From Octopus vulgaris (taxonomy: Eukaryota): DNA of 64,000 nucleotides. Each line of letters begins with the position of its first letter. Position 1 is the stretch's first letter. Under the pieces are notes generated by a model. The model did no database searches. It was not told the DNA's origin and saw only the letters and a program-made list of their open reading frames with translations. The translations under genes were made by a program, and so were the position numbers. The DNA is taken from the NCBI GenBank assembly GCA_951406725.2, contig OX597830.1, positions 41,478,001-41,542,000 of the forward strand. Reading direction: 5' to 3'. This document shows positions 28,301 to 40,300 of the stretch, piece by piece.

Positions 28301-31300
28301 GTATCATTCGAGTGTGGTCAATGCCAGTACTGCCTGACTGGCTCCCCACATAAAAAGCACCATTCGAGCATGGTCGATGCCAGTGCCGCCAGACTGGCCC
28401 CCATGCCAGTGGCACGTAAAAAGCATCCACTTACACGCTCAGAGTGGTTGGCATTAGGAAGGGCATCCAGCTGTAGAAACCTTACCAGATCAGATTGGAT
28501 CATGGTGCAGCCTACTGGCTTGCTGGTTCCCAGTCAAACCATGCCAATGATGATGATGATTGTTTCTTTTTAGAATGACATTGAAAGTAGATATGAGGGA
28601 CCAGATATGGCTGGTTTAAATTTTAAAGGGTTAAAATTAATATAGAGTGATTTAGAGCAGAGATAAGTTAATAGTGAGCAGATTAAAATAAACTTGATAT
28701 TATGTTCAATAATAAGGCAGTGAATTAGCGGAAGTGGCAAGTCACTAGACATAGTATCTGTGTTTTGTTTCATCCCTCTGTTAAAATAAATACCAATGGC
28801 ATAGCTAAGATTGATTCAATTGTCTATAACCTACTCCTGCAAAAAGTGGGATTGTGTTTGCATCAACCTTCTCTCATGATTTAACCCCTCACCCTCTAGT
28901 ATAAAGTCAATCTCCTCTCCCTTGGGATTCATGGTCTTGCAAGCTATATAGTGACCACACTAAGAGTTGGTAGTCCAAAAAAAGCACCCAGTACAAGCTG
29001 TAAAGTGGTTGGTGTCAGGAAGGGCATTCAGCCATAGAAAGAATGCCAAAGCAGACACTGGAGCACAATATGGCCCTTGAACCCATTGGATCCTGTCAAA
29101 CCATCCAACCCATGCCAACATGGAACATGAACATTCAATGATGAAGATGAAGATACATTTTGATTGAATGAACATACAGTAGAATCAACAATATTAGGCT
29201 GGAGTTTTATTTGGATCATTGCTTATTCACTCAATGTTTCTTAAAATGCTTCTTCATCAAATAAATCAATAAAACCTTAAGTCATTATGACCTAAAATTT
29301 GCTTTTTTAAGAAAATCAATCATTATTGACATTTTTTCAAAGCTATCTTTTTTTACATATATTTTCTATATTAGGCAACTTGTCTCTTTTAACCTTTTAA
29401 GCATTTAAACTGGCCACATAAAGCCCATATATTCTACCTGTTTTATTTTCAAACCAGCCAGATCCAGCCTTTTATACCTACTTTATAATGTCATTCTAAA
29501 ATTAAACAACCACATCATCAAAATCTTAAAGCTATGAGATAATGCAGGGATTATGATGCAAATGTTACTAATTGAATACTTTTTAAGTTTTACACACACA
29601 CACACATTTATATAAAGAACAAATCAATATTTTTACAATTCTGCAAAGCCAAATGAAGATTAATTTTATTTCAAAAATATAAACATTGCAAGGTCGATAA
29701 AATAAAATACCAGTCAAGTACCAAAATCAATTAAAACACCTATACCTTCTTCTAAAATGCATGACATTGTATTAATGCTAGAAATCAATTATAAACAAAC
29801 TAATAAAAGTTCACATTTACAGGATTACTTACACCATATGCCATAGATCATCAAAGGATCCAACTGCTTCTTGCCATGTTTACCCATACCAGACAGATTA
29901 GAACAAGCTTGTGTTTCTCGGTCAAACAAATAATCAAGTAGAGTCAATGCCATTTTTTCAGCTGTTCGACAATTAGAATGAATATGAAGAAGGTCACTGA
30001 AAGAAGATAAATAGGAGTTCAAAACAAAAGATAAAGTTTGAAATATTCTGTGTTTAACAGAATGATTTTTTTTTTATCAAACATCATAGAATTCCTTTTG
30101 TAAATTAGTTGTTTCTAAGGAGTGACACCAGACCTTGAAGATGTCTGAAAAAAAAAAGATACCAATAGCAGTTGTCAAACAATGATGGGGGACAAATAGA
30201 AGCATAAACACACACACATACACATAAATATATATATATAGATACGATGAGTTTTTTTTCAGCTTCTGTCTATCAAATCCATTCACAAGGCTTTAGTCAG
30301 TTTGGGGTTATAGTAGAAGACACTCACCCAAGGTGCAACACAAGAATTTTCAGGAATTTACGAAAATAACTTTGTCATTTTGAAACTAGTGTTTGGAAAA
30401 TAACTTCATAAAGTGTTCTTACATAAAATCACAACAAAAGGATTTAATTTAAACATGTAAACTTTAAAAATGAACAGTTTCACATTACAATCCAAAAACA
30501 GGTTGGAATAGAAAACAATAACAACTAAAAATGAGAAGTGATTTATGAACAATAAAAATATTTACCTTGAAGATATAGGCACACGCACCCGCATTTCAAG
30601 ATTAAGCTCATCACCAAGCCAGCACCCATTTGGATAATCCTCTAAAAAGTGAAAAGAAAAATATTAAAAAAAAAAACATAAAATGTTCTGAAAAGCAGTT
30701 ATATTTGTATAACCATACACCATCATGACAGACAGACAAACAGAGACATGTCAGTAGAATACTCAGCCATTGGCACTATGATATAGCAAAGAGGTAGGAC
30801 TGTTAATTGTAGAAGTGCAGCCTCGGTACCAAAATCAATGCAACCTCTTTCCACTTATAATCTTAATTATTCTTATCTATTTCTAATTCTCTAAATTATT
30901 TTAAAATTTAGCAAACTGATATTTAAACATAAAGCATTCATTTCATAATACAATAATTACGTTTAATCCAAAAAAACGTTCATTGTCTCTTTGTTTCGCT
31001 ACTAAAGACACACTACTCTTCTAAACCGACAGAAATGCTAAGCAAACATTAAACCCTTTCATCACCATATTTCCATTAAAAAACACAGCCTTTGTTTCAA
31101 TTAATTTTGAAAATAATGAGGAATTTAGTAAAATAACTTTGCCATTAATTAACCTGGTGTTTGGAACAAATTAGCATGAAATTTTGATGGAATGTTTTAA
31201 TTTAGATCACTTTAAAACAGGAAGTTTGTATCAAAGAACCAGATGCAGTTTCACCTGGGTTGGTATTAAATGGATCAGCATTTGTCAAGTTGAACACTTA

Positions 31301-34300
31301 TTTGCATAATGCTATTTTAAACAGTCTAAATTATTCTCTCCAAGAAGGATTTCACTTGAAACATCTGTATTCAAATTTTAATGTAAACTTTAACACTGTC
31401 CAAGGCACTAGGATGCTTCGCAGGATTATGGCTTACTGTTGGTTGGATTTAGTATCCATCTAACGACTATACTCAGAGACTGGGATGCATCCTATTATTT
31501 GTATGGTTTGAGAGTCTCAGCTAAGACTGTTTGGCAATGCTACTCAGATTTCTGAGTTGGATCCTGCATAGTGTGTTCTCTTCTCTGAGGATCTGGCTGG
31601 TGTGACAGTTCATGTTAGCAGACCACATGCCACACACATGTTTACAGCAGATGAGAAAATATCTCAGAGATGAGGGAGTGACTGGGACACTGCCTGGAGG
31701 GTTGCCTGGGATGACCCAAGCAATGCCATCAAATAGTAGATGTAGCAATGCACTGCAACACTGCATGCTTCCATACCTGACCTGATACAAACTAATCTAA
31801 ATTTACAAACTTTATTACATAATTTTTGCTAAAAGTGTTCCCATGAGTTTTTCTGGATTCTGGTTTTTTTTTCTAATTAAAAATTATGATACAAATAAAA
31901 CAGAAACACAAATCTAAAAGTGAAACTGGAATATAGTTACCTTCAGAATTTAATGTTATTAATGTAACATTTGGACCAATGTTTCTGAAGTTACTATCCA
32001 CATTTGAATTGAAATCACTGGGAGTCAACAACTCTGGAAAAATAAGTAAAAAATATATGAAAAAAATTTAGATTTTAAATGTGCAAGTTACACTGGATGT
32101 TGTTGGGAAAAATAAGCAAAATAGCTATATCCTGAACGTAAAATATATTTCACACACATATATGTGCTTTTTATGTACTGGTACCACGTAAAAAAACACT
32201 CAGTGCACTCTGCAGGAGAGTTGGTGTTAGGAAGAGCATCTAGCCATAAAAACATGTCAAAACAGTAGCCTGGTATAGTCTTCTACCTGGCCAGCCCCTG
32301 TCAAATCGTCTAAACCATGCCAGCATGGATGGCAGATGTTAAATGATGATGATGATGATTGTGTGTGTTTTTAATATATATGTATATTGGAGGATGGATA
32401 AAATATTATTATGCTAAGATATAGCCACAGGCATGGCTGTCTGGTTAAGAAACTTGCTTCCCCACCATGTGGTCTTGGGTTCAGTCCCACTGCACAGCAT
32501 CATGAATAAATGTCTTCTACTACAGCTCCAGGCTTGTGAGTGAATTTACAAGATGGAAACTTAAAGAAGCCTGTCATATATGTAAATACATGTTTGTGTG
32601 TGCCATTGTCTAGGCAATCATCATGTGATGGTTGTAGATGAGCATCATCATCATACAAGCGAGGTTGTTTGTTTCCAGCCATGGGGAAATACTATCTTGC
32701 TTAAAGATAGGTGATGGTTAGCAACAGGAAGAGCATTCAGCCGTAGAAAATCTGCCTCAACAAATTCTGTCTGAACCATACACGAAAGGGAAAGTGGGTG
32801 GTAAATGGTGACAACGATGATGATGTATACTGAAATTTATACATAAGCTTCAAAAGTTAACCACAGACAGAAATTGCAAGTTTAAGAAAATAAGATTACA
32901 TAAACACACATATAAAAGAATTTATATACATACTGCCTTTTTTGTCTTTGTTTTCTAATTGCATGGTTTGTAAGATATCAGAATCTATTCCTAAAAAGAA
33001 AAATAAATAAAATAACACTGCATGATCTAAAAAAAAGTAAGACAGATAAACATGGCATATTTTACAACTAAGTAGCAATTAGCATGAGAGGCATCCAGCT
33101 GTAAAATCAACTGGTTCAATAAAAAAACATCTGAATTATCTAAACGAAGATAAAAACACTAAAGGGAAGGGGAGAGTGAAACTTGACAATGTATTTTCTT
33201 TTTGAAAAATGATTAATTTGTTCGAGAATTGTAAAGAAGATGAAATGAAATGAAAATATTATTTTGAATAAATTTAAAACAAGTAAAAAAAAAGAATTAC
33301 AAAAATAAAGTGTGGATGTATTTTAGGTAAAAAGGCTGCATAGTTACAAAATATTTGTTAGTCAATAAGGAGTCATTCTCAACATAGTCACTGAAAATAT
33401 CCCTTAAACATATGATTTTTTTCTGATCAATAAAGAGGATTTTATCTTCAAGTAACATGTTGAGAAAACCGAGACACATTGGTCCTTTAAAGAAAGTCCT
33501 CCCAGTGCACTTAGCATGTTTGTGGTACATCACTGATGCAAGTGGAAAAGTTGAAGTATTTCAGAGTTGTATTCACAAGTGATTGGAGACAGAAGACTGA
33601 ATTAGATGCTAGAATTGCAGGTGTACCAGTTCAGCATTCGATCCTCAGAAGAGAAGAGGTTAGTAAAAAAACAGAGCCAAATTTGCTGTCTTTAATTTGG
33701 TTTTCATAACAATGAGGGGATACTGAAAAGTTCCTGGCTCTGGATAAAAGAAAATACAGGAGAATCAGTTAATTATGATTTTATTCAACATATTCCCCTC
33801 TCAGATTCACACACTTATTGCAACGATCCTTCAGTTTTTCTAAACCCTGTAAAAGAACTTGGAAGGTTGGGCCAGGAACTTTTCAGCACCCCCTCATATA
33901 CTCACCTATGGTTGTGAAGGTTGGGTAAAGACCAAAAGACCAAAATTGTAAAATATGAATTACCTTTCTGAAATTGACTCTCATCCTCTGAAAAACAAAT
34001 AAGCATATATTAATACATAAATTTATAACGCATGATTGTCTTTGCTTACTAAATTATGTCTGTCTAAGTTAGCTATTGTTGGCATACTGTTATTCATCTC
34101 TTATATATACATACAATCCTATGTGTGTGTGTGTGTGTGTGTGACAGAACCTCCAAAAACTAGAAACCCCTAATCATTATCCAAGCATAATTAGACTACC
34201 AACGAAGGGCATCCAAGTGTAGAAACTCTATAAAAACAGACAAAGCCTAGTGCAGCTCTCCAGTTCGTGAACTCCTTCAAACTGTCCAGCCCATGCCAGC

Positions 34301-37300
34301 ACAGAAAACAGACATTAAACGATTATGATGATATATATATATATATATATATATATTCTCTGTGAGGCCCAACATCTTGAGATCAGTCTTTATCACTCCA
34401 TCCCACATCTTCCTGGATCAATGGACCGACCGAGATGTCTGGCAATAAGAGGTTGTCGAGAAGACCTGCTCATGTCAGCAAAACTGAGTTCTAGAAGTGC
34501 TGTGTGTCCCACTCACACTTAATAAGAAAACCTCTCACACACCCTACCACAACAAACTAAACTACATCTCTTCTCTTCCTCACATTTCCACTTCATGCAC
34601 TAGGCTTACCACCCACTCCCTAATACACTATGCCTACCTCTACTCCTCAATCCTGTCCTCATGGCCCTGTTTCTCTGTATCATTGCTATCCAGTAGCATC
34701 CTCACTCTATATATACCCAGGTTTTCACCACTCACCCCCACCCACCACATTCTAATCATGCTTCTTTTGCAATATCCTGCCACTTACATTATAATGTTTG
34801 AACTTGAAGGGCATGCCCTGGCACTTGCCACCATCTATATTTCTCTCTTCTTTACTCAACCATCCCATTTATATTCTGATCCGCCTCTTATGAGTATGCC
34901 CAGCACTTTGCTGCCGTCTCTATCCTGCTGTCTCTCACTCTCTCTCTCTCTCTCCTTCTTTTGCACTTCTCTCAGGTTGGATAACTGTATATCTCCTTTG
35001 CAGCAGCACACTTGTTTCTGTCTTCACTTCTCATCTCTCTCTCTCTCTCTCTCCAGTCAGATAACCCTGTACCTCCTCTACAGCAAAGTACTAGTTTCTG
35101 TCTCTCAATCTCACTATAACATTTCATCATCTGACACAAGATCACCTCTTCCAATGATTTCTCCCTCTCAAAAGATTTTTTTTATTTTTTCATTTTTTTT
35201 TTGTCTTGCAAGGTACTTGGTGAACCTGTCAGCGCAGGTGCCACTTAAAAAGCACCAGGTCAACACTGTAAAGTGGTTGGCATTTGGAAGGGTATCCAGC
35301 TATAAAAACCTTGCCAAAACTGATCTCACCTGTGCTTGTGCCACATAAAAAGCATTAAGTCCATTCTGCTGAGTGGTTGGTGTTAAGAAGGACATCCAGC
35401 TGTAAAACTCCTGCCAAAACAGCCACAGAAGTCTGGTGCAGGCTTCTGCTTGGCCGGCTCCTGTCAAACTGTCCCATACATGCCAACACAGAAAGCAGAC
35501 ATTAAACGATGGTAGTGGTGGTGGTGTGTGTGTATGTGTGTACATGTGTGTATGTATGTAGTTAATCCCATGCAAATGAGTTCCATTATATCCAATGAGG
35601 CTGATCAATCTAGCAAGAGATAATCCAGTAATAAACATTATATTTGTCTGTTTCATTTTTCAAGGAAAATTTGAATTATTTGAATTTTGTTCCTTCTGCT
35701 CCTAACTTATGGGAGCCAGAGATAAACAACATTGAAACTACTTAGAAATAAATGCAAAATCATTGAAAATAGTCAAAATAAAAACAAAAACAAGAAAAAC
35801 ATACCACTATTTCTGTCTTGTGGAAGACCAACAATAAGGGCACCGGAACGTCGTGAAGGAGATGTGGAGCTGAAATATTTGAAGAAAAAATCCAAAATTG
35901 CCTTTAAATCTCAATCTAAAATGTATGTTTACTATATTAAGCACCAAAAAAAAAAAATACTTCATTAGCATTTCATTAAATTTAAAAGCAGTTTACAAAA
36001 TTTACCATGTAGCATTCAAAAACAATTTTACTCCTCAGATTACTTACCCTCGTTTCATAGCGTATGAATTTGTATTGCTACTGCCAGTCTTATTCTGATT
36101 TACCAAATCTAGTAGTTTAACTTCCAAATATTTTGTTCGTAATCCAACATTTTCAAGCTTGTTTTCTATACTATCAAGCCTTAAACAGATTGCCTTGTTG
36201 ATATTAAATAAAATTTGCTGCAAAATAAGAAGTATTTTTGTTGATTTTTCAATTAAAATGATACAATAGATTTTTTTTTTAGTACACATAATGTTATGAA
36301 TTTATAAATTATTCTCTAATAACAAATTTGGAGAAAATTGAGTTCTGTGATTGTAGTAAGTGCTTTGTTCTGTTATTTAATAGCACATGGCTGTGTCTTG
36401 AGAAGTTTGCTTCTCAGGTACATGGTTCTGGGTTTAATCTCACTGCTCTACAATACTTTCACAAATATGCACAATAACATCAGGTAATAATGCCTTAAAT
36501 GTTTAAAATGAGCTATTGTTGACATGATTCTAATGTTGTTGTTTTTTTGTTAACCTCATCTTTAGAAATGAAACCGGTTTTAATATTTATGTCTACAAGC
36601 TTGATCTCTGATCATCATCAAGTCTCTTCTTATTCTTGGTTACATACACAGAACCTGACAGGATTCCAGCTAGAACAGAGATCAAACTAATTAAAATGTA
36701 GTGTTAAAAATGTTTCATCTCCATAGATAAGGTTACTAGGATGAAAAAATCATCATACAAAAACAATGACTTCAAGCATTGATAGAAGACCTTAGAAAAA
36801 GAATGAAAGAGGTTGTGAAATGTTCATTAAAAATATATCTAACAAAATATTATCTTTTACCTTTAACGATTGGTCCATATCAATATTGATATCTTGTTCT
36901 AACTTCATCCGCTTCTCTGCTGGCTCCCCATCACAGGAATCATCATCTCCAGAAAAAACTGCAATCATGTATATAGAATGAAAATAAATCTGGATTGCCC
37001 TGGCCAACAACAGTGAGTGCCTCTTCTCAGTTGTCATCTCCCAATCTACAGTTACATGTTTAGAGTATGCTCATTCATTTGAGCCACGTTCGCCATTCTC
37101 CCCCACCTTTCAACATATTTACTGTATGACAGTACTTTCCTCTTCAAGTGAAAATGAAGAATTTGATGAAAGCTTGGCCAAAGAGAATAGAGACTATATT
37201 TAGTCCTTCAAGTTGTGTCAACTACACAACCTCTTTCATCATCTGCCTTCTTAGCCAAAGAAAGATGAAGGGATGAACTTCAAAGTGAAAACTGGATATA

Positions 37301-40300
37301 TCCTATATTCCACTGATGATAATAATTCTTTCTACTCTATGCACAAAGTCTAAAATGTTGGTGGAGAGCACTAGTTGATTACATCAACCCCAGTACTCAA
37401 CAGGTACCCCAAAAGAATGAAAGACAACCTCAGTGGAATTTCAACTCATATCATAAAACCAAAAGAAATGCCACTTAACATTTTGTCTGGCATGCTAGCA
37501 ACTCTGCCAGCTTGCCTCCTTTGGTTGGTAAATTAGGTAAAAGACCAGCAATTTTGAGCAGATGAGTGAACATCATCAACCTCGAGGGCTTAAACGGTAT
37601 TTTATTTCACTGACCCAGAGAATTGAAAGGTAAAGTTGATCTTGGCCATGATGCCAGCAATTTTGAGAAGAGGAGGACAGTAAATAACATTAGCCCCAGT
37701 ATTTTATTTTATGAAACCTGTAGGAATGAAAGGCAAAGTCAACCATGATGGGATTTAAACTCAAAATGTAAAAAGCTGAAAAGATATTGCAAGGTACATT
37801 TTGTCCAAGACTCTAATAATTCAACCAATCCTCTGCCCAGTTATTTTAGCCTGTATTTCTAACAGAAAAGATTTTCACATTGGCTGACTCATAATGTTTC
37901 AACAACATAAATTCAAACTGGACTTTTATCACTTTTGGCTTGTATGAAGTAAAATATCTTATAAAAATAACATCACTGATGCAAACCAACTCAAAAGAAT
38001 ACAAAAGACAAACAAATTTTAATGATGCATTAATTGGCAAGTATTGCCTATTAATGGACTGAAGGCACTGCTGCATCCACTATTTGTCAGTATTTGCTCA
38101 GGTCATTCTGGGCAACCATTCAAGCAATGTTCCATTCAGTCCTCATCTCTGTGAGATACTTCTTTATCCACTGCAACCATGTGGCATATGGCTAACCAAC
38201 ATGAGCTGGATCCTCAGAGAACAGGACACAATACAAAGGGTCTAACTCGGAAAATCAAGCAACATGACCAAACAGTCTGAGCTGACACTCTCAAATCATA
38301 CAAGTGACAAGATAGAAATCAAATAAACTTTTAATTGAGCAAATCACATAAGGCCAAATGGTAGATAACATAAAGACAACAAGAAAAAAATAATAAAATT
38401 TAGCTTACCTGAGTCATCACTCAAATCTGGATTGACAATATGTGTCATTAAATGTGCTGTATTTACAACCCGAGGTGGTGGTTTTGCTATTGGTGGTTCG
38501 ACATTAATAACAGAATTCGATACAGTCAACCCTTCAGCAACAGTAGTTGTGACAGTGTCTTCACCATCGACTGCTACATTTGTAGAGCCTGTCAAAGCCA
38601 CTGTAGGATCACCAACTTCATTCATGACTATCTGAGATGATAGAGAAGATTACACCAATGTTTTTTTATATGATTTATATGGTAGAAGAATATTTTACTA
38701 TAGTTCTTAATACAGTAAAAGACATGATAAAACTACATTCTTTTTTTTATAAATAATATTCATATCTTTTACTGGTTACAGATCTGAATGTACACTAATC
38801 TAAATGGAGTGTTTAATTAAACTAAACTTCAGATAAAGGTCATAACATTATTAAACAAAATAACAGAATGAGCTAGTTAGATATAAAAACTAAAAAAATT
38901 GAGAAAAATCTACTATAAAAGACATTCCAGCCATGATCATCCCATGTTTTTAGGAGCATATAAGACTATTATCTTTTAAAACAGTAAGATATAAAGCAAA
39001 ACTGGTTGCTATCTTTAGCATGCTGAGCAATCAGATAACATCTCCTTTGTTAGCTTGTATTTATTTGACATGGGAGATTGAGGCAAGAATGCCTAGCTAT
39101 GATGCAAATACTGGTTTATTTGACTGGCTCTACAAATATATCAAACAACAAATGATTTTGCCTTTGTTGATAAAGGAGTAGTTAAATGGTTTGTGGGATG
39201 TTCAGACTATATAAAAGGGTACAATTCACACAATGGTCAGGATTGTCAGAGTTTAGAGGAGTATTTAATGTAGAGCTAGACATTAGCATAGCTGGAGTGT
39301 GTACCACCTGGGGCAGCCCTTCTGTTTGCTGCCCCCGGACCCCACAAAAAAACACATATTGCCTACAGCAACTGCCTACAACAGGATGAAAAGTGCCGCC
39401 CCTTTAAAAGTTCTGCTCGTACCACCCCCACCCACGTTAGCATAGCTACGTCTTTAACAGGCCTCTGTCCTTAGTCCCCTAATAATTGAAATAGGTTGCC
39501 CTTGGTAACTTTTGTATGCCAATGACCAAATTCTCAATACAGAATTTGTTAAAGCACTGCAGGAAAATCTTCAAACCTGGAAAAATGGTCTAGAGTATAT
39601 AAACAGTTGAAAATTAAAGAACTAATTAGTAACAAAAGGTACAGAATCCTGATGCCATCTGGGAAGTACTTTTGCTTGTGATGTAGGAACTCAATATTGT
39701 GCACTCAGTGCAAACAATATGTACATAAATAATGCAACAAGATCTCTGGCACACTGCCCAAGAACTTCATATGTGATAGATACACGGTAGATAGCAGAAG
39801 CTATACTCATAAAATGAAAAACAAGAATAGATCAGATGGCTGACTAGAAATAGTAAACTGTATTTGTTACCAAGATGACATATTATTGCTGGAAGGAGTT
39901 GTAGTTGTAGTGAGACAGTAGCTTGGGCAATATAAGTCTACAATGTGGTAAACTTTTCTATGACACCACCACATAGCTTTTGTGTGTGCTTAACAGTCTA
40001 CACTACTTCAAGCAGTCAAGATAGGTCTTAGTTTCTCCAGTCTTGACCACATAAAAAAAAAAAAAGGAGTAACAAAAGACAATCTCTGGTATGCATTTCT
40101 TTTTCATAGTTTTTGTCAGAACTTCCAAAATTAATGGGGAAAGAATGGGAGAGAAAAGAAATATGACTAATAGGTCATCCTCAGACTGGGGCCCTAAGTT
40201 AATAGGGAAAAAATGGAAAGAGATGACACAGAGAATGAAATATAGATTTTAAATGGAACTGGCTCCAGAGAAGTAACTAGTAGCACAAAGGAGAAGAAAC

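Noticed and set aside
34497-35348. 283-aa ORF, longest in the track
   Set aside because: Non-ATG start, L/S/H-rich translation of a pyrimidine-rich LINE 3' UTR including (CT)n; no domain
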